Shown here one piece after another: positions 8,186 through 18,912 of a DNA stretch of 64,000 nt (its first letter is position 1; the number at the start of each line of letters is the position of its first letter). This stretch comes from Planctomycetota bacterium. GTDB taxonomy: Bacteria; Planctomycetota; UBA8108; SXIK01. A program made the position numbers and the translations under genes. The stretch is taken from the NCBI GenBank assembly GCA_965223265.1, contig OZ244999.1:4704001-4768000 (forward strand). Direction: 5' to 3'. A model generated the notes under the pieces. The model was not told where the DNA came from. It was given only the letters and a program-made list of their open reading frames with translations, and did not search any database.

Positions 8186-11100
8186 TCATTCACAGCCGAG
8201 TTCGTCCTGAGTTGGATCGGTACCGATGATCGGCGCCGGCGGAGGGATCGTGGCACCGCCTCGGAACAGGAAAATGAGAATTCTGATCGCGTCAGAGATG
8301 TCAACAAAGCTGTCGTCGTTAGAATCCGCGGCGTCCGAACAATAGAGTGGTTCGTTCGTGAGGAAGAGACTTTGAAGAATGAAAATGCCGTCAGAGATGT
8401 CAACGGATTCGTCCCAGTTGATGTCGCCACGGAGAAAGAGCGGCTCAGGGGTCAGGGCCTCGAACTCCGCCAGAGAGAGGACGACCGTGGCGCCGCCGGC
8501 TCCACCACCCAGGCCTGCCGGGCAAACGGTGGAGTCGAAATTCTGGCCGTCGTCCGTGCAGTCGGCGCCTAGACCCTGGTCGTGAGGGACGCAAAAGGTC
8601 ACCGAGCCAGTACATTCACCACCGTTCCCATCGCTGGCGATGAAGCTGATATTGTAGACTCGCCCGTTACCCGGTACAGCAGGATTCCCGGCGCGCTCGC
8701 AGCGGACTCCGGCCGAATCGGCACTTCCGTCGCCGCTGACATCGACGAAGACTCCATCCGGGCAGGTGGTACCACTGCCGTTACCTACATGCTTCACCGG
8801 CTCATCCTGTGTGATTCCCGTGACCTCGATGGTGACCGCGTCGCCGTCCGGGTCAGTCACGCCGAGGACGTCGAGCAGGACGAATTTGTGGTTCGGCGGC
8901 CAGCAACCGGTCATGCTCGCCTGAGCCGCCGAGCAGTCCGGAGGCTGGTTACAGCCACCGGGCGCCTCCGCAACCGTGACCGTGAACTCACAGGGTGAGC
9001 TCTGGCATCCGCCGGCTTGCGTGGCGATGCAGGTGACGTCGGTTTCGCCCAGCGGGAACACACTGCCCGACGGCGGATCGCAGGCGACGATGGCTCCCTC
9101 GGGACAGAAGGCCTCCACCTCAAACTCGACGGGAGCACCACTCCCGCGATCGCACTCCACCGCGATGTCGTCAGGGCAGAAGATGGTACATTCCTTGCCG
9201 AACACCCGCGGGGTCAAGGTCAGGACTGCGAGTGAGGTCTCGAACGAAGGTCCTCCTTCCTCCGACAGGTAGGTGCCTTGGTCCCAGCGCCCTCGCTCCA
9301 ATGGGACGCTCGTTGTATCCTGGGCGTCGACCAGGAACGGGAAGTACCCTTGGCGTGGAGATCCAGTGCTCGGGACGTTGCCCGAGCCGTTTTCCTCCCC
9401 GGTTTCCCAGTCGAACTGCACTCCTCCGTTGGTCAAAAGCACCTTGCCGCCGGAGGGCAGACCGAGCGCCACCGCGGTCAGTCGGAGCGCCCGGGCCGTC
9501 GTCCACATAGCGTAAAAATTGCCGCGGTTGGCACGGCCAAGGAGTTCGCTATCTGCCGTGACACCCCACTTCTCACCGAGATAAGCGAGCGCCGCGTCCC
9601 TCTTGGCGGTAACGGTATTGAGGGGCGGACTGGCAGTGGCGATCACCTGACCGACCGGCACTCCAGTTACGGTTTCCACCAGCGCGAGACCCGACAGGCC
9701 TCCGGACGTCGTCGCCTGACCGTTGTCCGTTCCAGCCAAAGGAGTCTCATCGCTGTAGCCGAAAGGCTGCGGGCCAGAGGCGTTTCTCTGGTGGAAGACC
9801 AGCGCGTATTCCGCCTCTTGCTTGATCCAGTCGGGAACGGCGACCCCAAAAACGACTTCGGCGCCTTCCAGCGCCACGTAGTCCCAGCTGTTGATCGACA
9901 TGTCGCTGCGGTTAGTGGGCCCGACGTAGTCCCAACCTCCCCGTCCCTCAGGACCCGGGTTCTGGCGGGTACCAATGTAGTCCACGACATCTTCGATGAC
10001 CGTCCTGTAGGTCTCCCCTGCGAAGGGGCCCACCGTCACCAACCGGCGCGGCGCCAGACTGGCCAGGATGCCGGCGCAGGAAATCGATGTGGAATAGTGA
10101 TCGTCGAAAGGGCACGGATTGACGCTACGGCCATTGCGGTTGAGATCGGAAACACCACTTGCCGAGGCTCCGCGCGCGACATCGGCCCTGGTCGCTACGG
10201 TGCCGCCTTCCACAGCCGCATTCCTGAAGAGGAAGTCCAGCCCTCTTTGTACGAACTCGGCGTAAATGTCTTCGCTCGAGTCGTTGGTGGGCAGGTGCCC
10301 CTGGTTTTGCAGAGCCCAGAGGGCAAATCCGGCTCCCGCGCAGCGCCGAGAGTCCGGCCAGCCGCCGTCGACCTCCTGCAGCAGGTAGAGATGGCGGAGG
10401 CCGTCTTGAATCGCAACATTCACGTCGATCTGTAGATCATCGAGGGGAGCGATGGAAGTGGGATCGGTACGATCGATGATCCTGAGCTGCACGGTATCGG
10501 AATCGACGCCGGCAGCACCGCCATCCACCGTCAGCGTGGCCGCGATATCCTCCAGCGTACTTCCATTCAAGAGCTGGAACGTAACCTCTTCATAGATGAA
10601 CTTGTCGTCGACGACGGCGCCGGTCAAACCGTTCCCGTCGTCGATGATAGAGACGTTTGGGTTGGCGGAGAACGTCCAGGTGTAGGTGGCCCCGATCGCC
10701 GTACCCCGCCCGCCGTTGGCGTTGCCAAAAACGATGACGGGCGTACCGGGGCGCACCGGCCGTCTCTGGTGCGGGCAAGAATTGGGAGCATTCGGGTACC
10801 CGGGCATGACGTTGACACAAGTCATCTGCGCATCGCAGGTATCGCCAACTCCATCGCCATCACAGTCCCTTTGATGCGGGTTGAAACTGACGGGACAGTT
10901 GTCGCAGACATCGCCTAAGCCGTCGCCATCGCCATCCTCTTGGCCCGCGTTGGCATCGATGGGACAGTTGTCGCAGACATCGCCCAAGCCGTCGCCGTCG
11001 GTGTCAGCTTGGCCTGCGTTGGCATTGGTCGGGCAGTTGTCGTCGGAATTCAAGTGACCGTCGCCGTCGGCATCGGGGTCACACGCGTCACCGACGCCGT

Positions 11101-12169
11101 CTCTGTCGAGGTCTTTCTGCAGTGGGTTGACGTCGGCGGGACAGTTATCACAGAAATCCGCGAGACCATCGCCGTCGGCATCAATCCCGTCGTCCCCGCC
11201 GGCACAGACGTCACATGCGTCACCGACACCATCGCTGTCACCATCCTCCTGGCCCGGGTTGGCCTGATTCGGGCAATTGTCCGCACCGTTCAAGGCGCCA
11301 TCCCCGTCGACATCAGGGTCACAAACATCACCGACTCCGTCTCCGTCGCCATCTTCCTGGCCTGGATTGACGTCGTTCGGGCAGTTATCACAAGCGTCTC
11401 CGAAGGAATCCCCATCGGAATTCGCTTGGTCCGGGTTGGGAACCTCGGGGCAGTTCTCACACTCGTCCCCCACACCATCGCCGTCCATGTCGTCAAAGCC
11501 ACCGGGGAAACCTGGGCAGTGGTCGCAAGCATCCCCAACACCATCGAAGTCGCTGTCGGTTTGGCCTGGGTTCGAATCTTCCGGACAGTTGTCACAGTCG
11601 TTTCCCAGACCGTCGCCATCGAAGTCTCCGAAACCGCCGGGGAGGCCGGGACAGCTGTCGCAAGCGTCTCCAATGCCGTCGAAGTCGCTGTCGGTTTGGC
11701 CCGGGTTCGAATCTTCCGGGCAGTTGTCACATTCATCCCCCAGGCCATCACTATCGGAGTCCATGCCGTCGGGGACACCGGGAGAGCCATCGCAGACATC
11801 ACCGATGCAGTCTCCATCGGCGTCAGCTTGGTCGGCATTGGGATCGTCGACGCAGTTGTCACACTGATCCCCCACACCGTCACCGTCGGAGTCGTCAACG
11901 CCAGAATCAAGGAGGAAGGGACAGAAGTCACAAGCATCCCCTAGATCGTCGCCGTCGCTGTCAGCTTGGTCTGAGTTGGCGTCGTTCGGGCAATTGTCCA
12001 GGGAGTCGATCACACCGTCGCCGTCGGAATCCTGAGCACGCACAGTGGCCGCCGACGAAAGTACCAACACGAGCACGAGCAGGGTGCCCGCTCCATGAAG
12101 AATCCCCGCTCCTTGAAACCGTGGCGATGAGGGATAGGCCCAGCGCGGCACGTGACGTTCTTTTTGCAT
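8186..12169 (-). CDS. Secreted multidomain protein: thrombospondin type-3 repeats, prenyltransferase-like alpha/alpha barrel, HYR-like domain, C-terminal dockerin-like domain
   Basis: GAGGAGG RBS; signal peptide; many DxDGDG..D.CDNC repeats; LYLLQEVDGGW, GGWDY..RSDMS; CDPPSGSVFPLGETDVTC; FLRGDINWD tail. Confidence 0.85.
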   Translation of the reverse strand: MQKERHVPRWAYPSSPRFQGAGILHGAGTLLVLVLVLSSAATVRAQDSDGDGVIDSLDNCPNDANSDQADSDGDDLGDACDFCPFLLDSGVDDSDGDGVGDQCDNCVDDPNADQADADGDCIGDVCDGSPGVPDGMDSDSDGLGDECDNCPEDSNPGQTDSDFDGIGDACDSCPGLPGGFGDFDGDGLGNDCDNCPEDSNPGQTDSDFDGVGDACDHCPGFPGGFDDMDGDGVGDECENCPEVPNPDQANSDGDSFGDACDNCPNDVNPGQEDGDGDGVGDVCDPDVDGDGALNGADNCPNQANPGQEDGDSDGVGDACDVCAGGDDGIDADGDGLADFCDNCPADVNPLQKDLDRDGVGDACDPDADGDGHLNSDDNCPTNANAGQADTDGDGLGDVCDNCPIDANAGQEDGDGDGLGDVCDNCPVSFNPHQRDCDGDGVGDTCDAQMTCVNVMPGYPNAPNSCPHQRRPVRPGTPVIVFGNANGGRGTAIGATYTWTFSANPNVSIIDDGNGLTGAVVDDKFIYEEVTFQLLNGSTLEDIAATLTVDGGAAGVDSDTVQLRIIDRTDPTSIAPLDDLQIDVNVAIQDGLRHLYLLQEVDGGWPDSRRCAGAGFALWALQNQGHLPTNDSSEDIYAEFVQRGLDFLFRNAAVEGGTVATRADVARGASASGVSDLNRNGRSVNPCPFDDHYSTSISCAGILASLAPRRLVTVGPFAGETYRTVIEDVVDYIGTRQNPGPEGRGGWDYVGPTNRSDMSINSWDYVALEGAEVVFGVAVPDWIKQEAEYALVFHQRNASGPQPFGYSDETPLAGTDNGQATTSGGLSGLALVETVTGVPVGQVIATASPPLNTVTAKRDAALAYLGEKWGVTADSELLGRANRGNFYAMWTTARALRLTAVALGLPSGGKVLLTNGGVQFDWETGEENGSGNVPSTGSPRQGYFPFLVDAQDTTSVPLERGRWDQGTYLSEEGGPSFETSLAVLTLTPRVFGKECTIFCPDDIAVECDRGSGAPVEFEVEAFCPEGAIVACDPPSGSVFPLGETDVTCIATQAGGCQSSPCEFTVTVAEAPGGCNQPPDCSAAQASMTGCWPPNHKFVLLDVLGVTDPDGDAVTIEVTGITQDEPVKHVGNGSGTTCPDGVFVDVSGDGSADSAGVRCERAGNPAVPGNGRVYNISFIASDGNGGECTGSVTFCVPHDQGLGADCTDDGQNFDSTVCPAGLGGGAGGATVVLSLAEFEALTPEPLFLRGDINWDESVDISDGIFILQSLFLTNEPLYCSDAADSNDDSFVDISDAIRILIFLFRGGATIPPPAPIIGTDPTQDELGCE

Positions 12170-12196
12170 CCCAAGGTCCTCCTCTCGAGGGCTATC

Positions 12197-13285
12197 TCAC
12201 CGCCGAACTGCTGGAGGCTGTGATGCGGCGTCACGACACCTTCTAAGGGCTAGCATCGCGTAGGACGTTGCCAAAACCGGCTCCTCCTGCCACGCTTTTC
12301 CAGGTGATGGCGTCGATGGGGTTGCCCAGTATCCCTCATCCGTCTGCAGGTTCAGGAGGCGCTCCGCGAGCTCGCGAGGCCAATCATGTTCCCCTCCCCC
12401 GGGATGCTGAATCACGGGCTTCGTAGAGAGGTCCAGGGCTTTCGCCAACGCCAGGTAGTAGAAGTACAGGCTCCCTGAGTGCGGCAACAACTTCCCCTCC
12501 GCGAAGCTCGTCGTCAAAGGCGAGGGCGTATCCAATGAGTAGTTGACAAGCGCAGCCTGGTAGAGACGGACAGCCCGCGGCTCGGGCATGACCATCTCGG
12601 TGAACACAAAAGGCGCAAGATTCGCGACCAAGGAGGCATCCTTCCCTCCCTTGGTGGCGCCCGGATAGGTTTCCCGAGACGGCTTGATCCGCGTGAGAAA
12701 ACTCATGGCCTCGGATTCTCCCGCCGAGAGCTTGTGCGCCTTCTCGATGAGTCCGTCCACTGCCGGCGACCAGGCTCTTCCCAACAGACCCTGGTCGACA
12801 AAGTTCTCTGCACCCTGGAGAAACTCAGCGATCTGTCGCGAGTCGGTTTGCCTGTTGACGCTGCGAAGCGCTTTGGCGACGACCCCAGTGGTATAAACTG
12901 CAAGTCCGCGGTGTGGATCGTAAAACCCGCCGTCGGACTGGCGATGGCGACAGAGATAGCCAACCGCCTTGAGCCGCCGCGATTGCGGGAACACCGGGCT
13001 GTCCACTTCAGCGATTGCCCAGAGGCACATGCCGGTTAAGAGTACCGGGCAAAGCTCGCGGTGAAGCTCGGGAAGGATCGCGCCTCGATCGTCTTGGCGG
13101 ACGGTGAGCCACTTCGCGGCACGACGCATGGCAGAGTCGATGGCTCTGCGTTCTTCAGAGCTGACATGGTAGGTGCGATCCGCGCCAGAGATCGGTGCAC
13201 TAACGGCAAACTGCACCGTGGGGAGGCAGAGGAGCAAAAAAGCCCTCAGCCTGATCGGGCCCAATATCGTGTGAAGCCTCCACAT
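12197..13285 (-). CDS. Prenyltransferase/squalene-oxidase repeat protein
   Basis: QW-like repeats WLTVRQDDRGAI, YLCRHRQSDGGFY, LLNLQTDEGYW; signal-like N-terminus. Confidence 0.75.
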   Translation of the reverse strand: MWRLHTILGPIRLRAFLLLCLPTVQFAVSAPISGADRTYHVSSEERRAIDSAMRRAAKWLTVRQDDRGAILPELHRELCPVLLTGMCLWAIAEVDSPVFPQSRRLKAVGYLCRHRQSDGGFYDPHRGLAVYTTGVVAKALRSVNRQTDSRQIAEFLQGAENFVDQGLLGRAWSPAVDGLIEKAHKLSAGESEAMSFLTRIKPSRETYPGATKGGKDASLVANLAPFVFTEMVMPEPRAVRLYQAALVNYSLDTPSPLTTSFAEGKLLPHSGSLYFYYLALAKALDLSTKPVIQHPGGGEHDWPRELAERLLNLQTDEGYWATPSTPSPGKAWQEEPVLATSYAMLALRRCRDAASQPPAVRR

Positions 13286-13704
13286 GACGACCCTTTTACG
13301 ACCAACACGAGTCGCGTAACACCCAAAGGAAGACGACGGCTACCCACCAATCTCGTATCAGAATCCCGCGAGACACTCAACCCCGCGCTCCATTTTCACT
13401 CCCTTGTCCCACGCTCTCGGCATAGAATGCGAGGGCGTCCGAGGTAGACGGAGCGTTCCTCTCATCTCCGCATCCCGTGATCTACCTAACGTCCAGCGCC
13501 GTGATCAGACGGAAACCTCCGATCCGAGGGAGTCCACACGCCCTGAGCCGTCGTCTCGATCGAGGAGATGCGCCTGGGCGGCGCCAGGTGGCTTTCAGCA
13601 AGCCTCAAGGCACACGAGGCCCTCAATGCGCGTGACGGAACAAGAGCGTTCCTTCGCGTTGCGATGGCAGTGGCAGTTAGGTTAGTCGACGCCAAGGAGT
13701 TTTG

Positions 13705-14808
13705 ATGACGTACTTAACGATTCTCGTCCTCGTGGGTCTCATAGAGGGGACCGATGGTGACGAGCATCAGGAAAACGACACCTACCACCTCGAGCCACCT
13801 CGGCGAGCACGCATTCAAGAAGCCGTCGACAAGGCCGCCAGCTGGATTGTCCTACATCAGAGCGAGGACGGCGCAATCCGCTCGGAGAAGGTGGACGGAG
13901 TGCCGGCTCTTCCCCTGACCGCCATGGCGCTCTGGGCCCTTTCGGAGCTTGGTGAACGACCTGACCTCGAGGCCAGTTGCAGCGCGGCGGCGTCCTACCT
14001 CCTCTCCTTTCAGCAATCGGATGGAGGTATCTACGCGCCGTCCGGCGCACTGGTGTACTCCACGTCGGCTATCGCTCGTCAGGGGCTCCAAAACTGGCTT
14101 TCTCGCCGGCCGGATACAACGCTGCGGTCTGCTGTGAGTCGGCTGAATCTGTTCCTGGAGCAGCGGCGACTCGTGCAATCTGTAGAACCCCCCAAGCCGA
14201 AACCTGCGGCTAGCAGACGAGGTAAGGAGGTCGAAGCGCTACTGAGGCGGAAGGATTTACCACAGGATCTCGGGAGAGCCCTGGAATTCCTTCGCAGCGG
14301 CGACAAGGCCTCAAGCGGCGCAGTCACGCCGCAGCGGAACAAGGCTTTGTGCGGGCAGGGGAAGATGAAACTCACTTACGACGAGCTGCTCGGCTGCATT
14401 TACGAAACGATGCGCGAAGACAACCCGACGCTCCAGCGTGCCTACCAGGCAATTCAGGCTTCCTACACGATGCGCCGAAATCCCGATCTCACCGGACGAC
14501 TTGCCGGACGATTTGCCGGACAATATGGCGACGATCGATTCCGACGCGGGAAGTCCGGCCTCTACTACTACTACCTAGTCGTAGCGAGGACGCTCGGAGC
14601 GATTCCCACTGCGAAGCTGCAAACAACCGAGGGCCGGACCCACGACTGGTCGAGAGAGCTGAGTGAGCGGCTTCTGCTTCTGCAAGCAGATGAGGGCTAC
14701 TGGGTCAACGAGGACCAACGGTGGTGGGAAGGTGACCCCGTGCTGGTCACTTCGTACGCTATACTCAGCCTACGAGTGTGCCGTGATCTGAAAGGGAAAA
14801 CGAACTGA
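13705..14808 (+). CDS. Prenyltransferase/squalene-oxidase repeat protein (paralogue of 12197-13285)
   Basis: AAGGAG RBS; WIVLHQSEDGAI, YLLSFQQSDGGIY, LLLLQADEGYW...WWEGDPVLVTSYA. Confidence 0.78.
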   Translation: MTYLTILVLVGLIEGTDGDEHQENDTYHLEPPRRARIQEAVDKAASWIVLHQSEDGAIRSEKVDGVPALPLTAMALWALSELGERPDLEASCSAAASYLLSFQQSDGGIYAPSGALVYSTSAIARQGLQNWLSRRPDTTLRSAVSRLNLFLEQRRLVQSVEPPKPKPAASRRGKEVEALLRRKDLPQDLGRALEFLRSGDKASSGAVTPQRNKALCGQGKMKLTYDELLGCIYETMREDNPTLQRAYQAIQASYTMRRNPDLTGRLAGRFAGQYGDDRFRRGKSGLYYYYLVVARTLGAIPTAKLQTTEGRTHDWSRELSERLLLLQADEGYWVNEDQRWWEGDPVLVTSYAILSLRVCRDLKGKTN

Positions 14809-15680
14809 TGCCGCGGGTGCCGTCGAAGCTTTCTTTCCGTTCGGCAGCTCGGGCGGGAATCGTAGCATCTTTAGCGGTGTTGTGTGACTGCCGTCACGTT
14901 CAGGACGAAGGTTCACCGGTAGAGACTGACGTTTCTCTAACCGACAGCAGTCCTGAGGTATCGTCAGCCCACGAAATGGACGATGCACCAGAGATTCGTT
15001 CGCCAGTAGGACTAGAAACTCCGCGCGTCGATTCGCCAGGAAGCTCCGGCAGTGGCGAGGAACAAGGCGAGTCCGCGGAGGAAACTTTTCGGAGGCTCCT
15101 TGCGGGCATGGGCGTCCAGTACTTTCGTGAGGAGCGTAAGCTGGAGGTGGCAGGGCGCGTCAACATGCAGAGGGGTCTGGTGGAGGTTTTCGCCTGCGCT
15201 CCGGGAGGCAAGACTCACGAAGCAGTCGTTGTTCTCGACTGTGTACCGAGTGGCCTCCATGCCGGGCTCCTGGCCCTTGGATTGAAACCGGGGACCGCCG
15301 TAGAGCTTGGCACTTCGGGAGGCTACAAGCCACCTACGGGAGATCGCGTCGAGATTCAGATCCGATGGCCTGGAGAGGATGGGAGGGTGCATACGGCGAG
15401 AGCGGAAGAGTGGGTCTGGAACCAGACGGAAGGTCGCCCGATGAGGTCCGGGCCATGGATTTTCGCCGGCTCGTTCATGCAGCGCGTCGCTGGTGATCCA
15501 GAGGAAGTCACCTACGCGGCGAACTACGTCAAGAGCCTTGTGACGACCCATCACGACGCTACCAGCATCCTCGAGAATCCGTACCCTGAAGGCATCGATG
15601 ACACTGTCTACTACGCCAACGAGAAAGCGGTACCGCCAGTGGGGACCCCCGTGACGGGCATCTTCTCCGCGTTCAAGTAG
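14808..15680 (+). CDS. YdjY domain-containing protein
   Basis: TGATG coupling to the upstream gene; EVFAC..GGKTHEAVV...LHAGLLALGLKPG and WIFAGS motifs. Confidence 0.75.
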   Translation: MPRVPSKLSFRSAARAGIVASLAVLCDCRHVQDEGSPVETDVSLTDSSPEVSSAHEMDDAPEIRSPVGLETPRVDSPGSSGSGEEQGESAEETFRRLLAGMGVQYFREERKLEVAGRVNMQRGLVEVFACAPGGKTHEAVVVLDCVPSGLHAGLLALGLKPGTAVELGTSGGYKPPTGDRVEIQIRWPGEDGRVHTARAEEWVWNQTEGRPMRSGPWIFAGSFMQRVAGDPEEVTYAANYVKSLVTTHHDATSILENPYPEGIDDTVYYANEKAVPPVGTPVTGIFSAFK

Positions 15681-16092
15681 TTCAGTTTTGAATTGGAGTG
15701 GCAGACCCTTTGTCGCGTTCGTGTAGTCAAGACACTTCTCGTGCTGACGCCGAGAACCGAACTGCCTGTCACGACCAGATGGACAAAATGCGGCAAGTTC
15801 CCTGCACTGCAATGAAAAGAGATACGGCACTTAGCCTCGAGTTTGGCCATTTCGCGCCGGCCTGGCCGGACGAGTTTCACGGGGGTTCCGAGGCCCTTTC
15901 GACTTTTTCGTACCCTGAGAACTCTTGTGCCCATTCAAAAACTCCTGTCCGGCCCTTCGGGGAACGCCAGGAGCGCCGATGCCTGCGTCACTCCTCCGCC
16001 ACGATCGCAGCGGGATCGCGTTGTCGTCGTTCCTTGGCCTCGACGCTCCTGGCGTTCCCAGGCTCGACGCGAAATGGCCAAACTCGAGTTAG

Positions 16093-16270
16093 CAGCCTGT
16101 TGAAAAAGTGCTTCGAGCCGAAAACTGGTCTCTTCGCGTCCAGATCGGCTGCGGCAAACGGAGGCAATCTTCGGGCCCTCTTCTTTCGATTCTGATGGCG
16201 AGTATTGACGCGGCCCGTCTGGGCGTGAAGAGGCCAGTTTCTTCGGCCGAATGACTTTTTCAACAGGCTG
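16093..16270 (+). mobile_element. MITE copy 1 (178 bp)
   Basis: TIR CAGCCTGTTGAAAAAG / CTTTTTCAACAGGCTG; TTAG on both flanks; no transposase. Confidence 0.88.
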
Positions 16271-16345
16271 TTAGGTTAGGGAATCCGGTCAAGTTGGACG
16301 TATTCCTCAAGTCACGAATGGGATGGCCGCCTCCCTGAGAACGGT

Positions 16346-17122
16346 GTGTCGATGTTCCTAAGGGTCGTCCTCAACGCAGCCCGCATGCAGTTCCTCATGG
16401 CCCGTCGCAATGTCGAGGAGCTGTTTCCGATCCTGACGATTCCGCTGTCGTCCGTGATCGCGCTCGCAATTCTGCAAAACTCGGGGCGCGAAGATCTCGC
16501 TGGCTACGCGCTCGTGGCTGCCTGCCTCATGAGCATCGCGCAGATGGCGTTTTTCATCGGTAGTGAGATTCTCGCCAACGAGCGCGAAGGGCAGACTCTG
16601 GAGCTCGTGGTGGCGAGCCCAACGGACTACTACGTGCCTTTGCTCACGCGCATTTCCGTCCTCACGTCGGCGGGAATCGTTGGATTTCTCGAAGCCTGGG
16701 CGATCGCCCGTTTCGCGTTCGGAATCGATCTCACGATCCATTATCCCGGCATTCTACTAGCGACCTTGGTGCTGACGATCTTCGCTGGATCCGCGACGTC
16801 TCTGATCACCTCCACACTCTTCTGCTTCGGCAGGTCGACGCGGACGTATCAAAACGCCATTTCGGGTCCGCTGTTTCTGCTCAGCGGCGTACTGGTACCC
16901 GTGACTTTCTTGCCGGAGGTCCTGCAGCCCGTCAGTCGATTCATCTTCCTCTACTGGTCGGCCGATCTGCTGCGCGATGCGCTTCAGCCTTCGCCGCCGG
17001 AGAACGCGGCTCTGCGCCTTGGAGCGATCTTCATCCTCGGAACGGTGGGAGGCATCGTCGGCGGGGTGCTTTTTAGACGTTTTCTCCATCACCTGCGCCG
17101 GGAAGGAAGCCTCGGGTTATGA
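16346..17122 (+). CDS. ABC-2 type transporter permease
   Basis: About 6 TM segments; EREGQTLE; LLSGVLVPVTFLP. Confidence 0.88.
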   Translation: MSMFLRVVLNAARMQFLMARRNVEELFPILTIPLSSVIALAILQNSGREDLAGYALVAACLMSIAQMAFFIGSEILANEREGQTLELVVASPTDYYVPLLTRISVLTSAGIVGFLEAWAIARFAFGIDLTIHYPGILLATLVLTIFAGSATSLITSTLFCFGRSTRTYQNAISGPLFLLSGVLVPVTFLPEVLQPVSRFIFLYWSADLLRDALQPSPPENAALRLGAIFILGTVGGIVGGVLFRRFLHHLRREGSLGL

Positions 17123-17913
17123 GCTGGCTGCGAGTCCTCCGGCACGGTCTTCTCTTGGGTCGAGAAGACTTCCGCGTCTTCTGGAGCAGTTGGCGTGTTT
17201 GGCTCATGACGCATATCCTGCGCGTCACAACAAGCGCCGCGATGTGGGTCCTGCTCGGACGTCTTCTCGATTCGCAGGATCTCGTCCACTATCTTCTCGT
17301 CGGCCAGATCGTGATCGCGGGTCCGCAGCAAGCCGGCTGGGCTGTGGCGGCGTTCACTTGGGATCGAATGTTCATCGGAACGTATCCCATGCTCGTGGCC
17401 GCACCGATGAGCCTGGTGCCTGCTTTCATGGGCCGCACGTCCATTTGGCTGCTCAACGGAATCGCAACGTCGCTGATGATGCTCATCGTGCTCGTGCCCC
17501 TGTTCGGACTGCGACTATCCCCCGCCGCCGTCGTTGGGATCCCGGCGATCATCGCGCTGGTGTGCGCCAGCTCCTACGCACTGGCGTTCTGCATTGGGAC
17601 TCTGATCAACTGGGCGCCGCGACTGCGTAACGTCGCACACAACACTGCGTCGTTGATCATGGCAGCGATCTGTGGAGTGGTGGTACCGGTGACTTTTTGG
17701 CCCGGTTGGGTCGAGAGCGTAGCCAAGGTTTTGCCTGTGACGCACGGCCTCAAATCCATCCGTCTGCTCGTCGCTGGCGCGCCGGTCGCCGAAATCGCCG
17801 TCGGCGCGGCGCTCGAGGCTCTGGTCGGGCTCTGCTGGCTGTCTCTCGGTATCGTCACGCTGGACCGCACTGTTAACGTAGCGAGGCGCACTGGCGCGAT
17901 CGACATCCTGTAG
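17119..17913 (+). CDS. ABC-2 type transporter permease
   Basis: ATGA overlap; about 6 TM segments; CGVVVPVTFWPGWV...LPVTHG. Confidence 0.88.
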   Translation: MSWLRVLRHGLLLGREDFRVFWSSWRVWLMTHILRVTTSAAMWVLLGRLLDSQDLVHYLLVGQIVIAGPQQAGWAVAAFTWDRMFIGTYPMLVAAPMSLVPAFMGRTSIWLLNGIATSLMMLIVLVPLFGLRLSPAAVVGIPAIIALVCASSYALAFCIGTLINWAPRLRNVAHNTASLIMAAICGVVVPVTFWPGWVESVAKVLPVTHGLKSIRLLVAGAPVAEIAVGAALEALVGLCWLSLGIVTLDRTVNVARRTGAIDIL

Positions 17914-17931
17914 CGAATCCCCGGCATCTGC

Positions 17932-18912
17932 ATGAACGCAATCACAACGCGAGACCTCACCAGAGTTTTTAAGAATCGCAATCATCGAGACGGCATCGTC
18001 GCGCTCGACAGCGTAACGCTGGACATCCCGCAAGGGGAGGTACGTGGGCTCCTCGGTCCCAACGGCGCGGGCAAAACGACTCTGGTGAAAATCCTCTCGA
18101 CACTCTTGACTCCAACTACGGGCTTCGCTTCGGTCCTGGGTCGCGATGTCGAGCGCCAGCCGAAGGCGGTCCGACCGCTGATTGGCATCGTGCTCGGCGG
18201 AGAACGCGGGCTCTACTGGAACCTTACCGGGCGGCAAAACCTGGAATATTGGGCGGCTCTCTACAACGTCCCGCTGCGAGAGACACACAGCCGCATCGCC
18301 GCGCTCCTAGACCGCGTTGGCCTTCTCGACCGCGCCGACGATCTCGTCGAAACCTTCTCCCGCGGCATGAAACAGAAGCTGCACCTGGCGAGGGGGCTGA
18401 TCGGCGACGCGCCGGTCCTCTTTCTCGATGAGCCGACCACAGGAATGGACCCGGTCGCGGCGCGCGACTTTAGGAATCTGGTGCGGGAACTGCGGTCGGA
18501 GGGACGGACGATCCTACTGGCGACCCATGACATGGCGGAGGCCGAAAGCATTTGCGACCGAGTGACACTGATCGATCACGGAAAAGTGCTGGCGGAGGAG
18601 ACGCCACAATCTCTCGCCGCGATGATCGCGAAGTTCGAACGCATCGACTTCGAATGGGAGGAGCCGGAACTCATGGACCGCCTCCGCCGCCAACCGGGCG
18701 TCGCTTCCGCGTCCCGCCTCGAAGCGCGCAACACTTTTCGAGTCGAGCTCTCCGAGGAAACGGCGGCGGAGGCGGTTCTCAGAATCTTGGTCGAGGCCGG
18801 AGTCACGTCAATCCGCACGTCGCGCCCAAGCTTGGATGAAGTCTACTTGCATCTAATGGGTGGATTGAAAACTGAGGACGGCGGTCAGGAGCGCCGAGAG
18901 TCCACCCCATAG
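17932..18912 (+). CDS. ABC exporter ATP-binding protein
   Basis: Walker A GPNGAGKTT; signature FSRGMKQK; Walker B LFLDEPT; H-loop ATHD. Confidence 0.95.
   Translation: MNAITTRDLTRVFKNRNHRDGIVALDSVTLDIPQGEVRGLLGPNGAGKTTLVKILSTLLTPTTGFASVLGRDVERQPKAVRPLIGIVLGGERGLYWNLTGRQNLEYWAALYNVPLRETHSRIAALLDRVGLLDRADDLVETFSRGMKQKLHLARGLIGDAPVLFLDEPTTGMDPVAARDFRNLVRELRSEGRTILLATHDMAEAESICDRVTLIDHGKVLAEETPQSLAAMIAKFERIDFEWEEPELMDRLRRQPGVASASRLEARNTFRVELSEETAAEAVLRILVEAGVTSIRTSRPSLDEVYLHLMGGLKTEDGGQERRESTP

Noticed and set aside
9200-10450. Alpha-2-macroglobulin-like thioester domain in the 1327-aa protein
   Set aside because: No CxEQ thioester motif seen in the barrel region.
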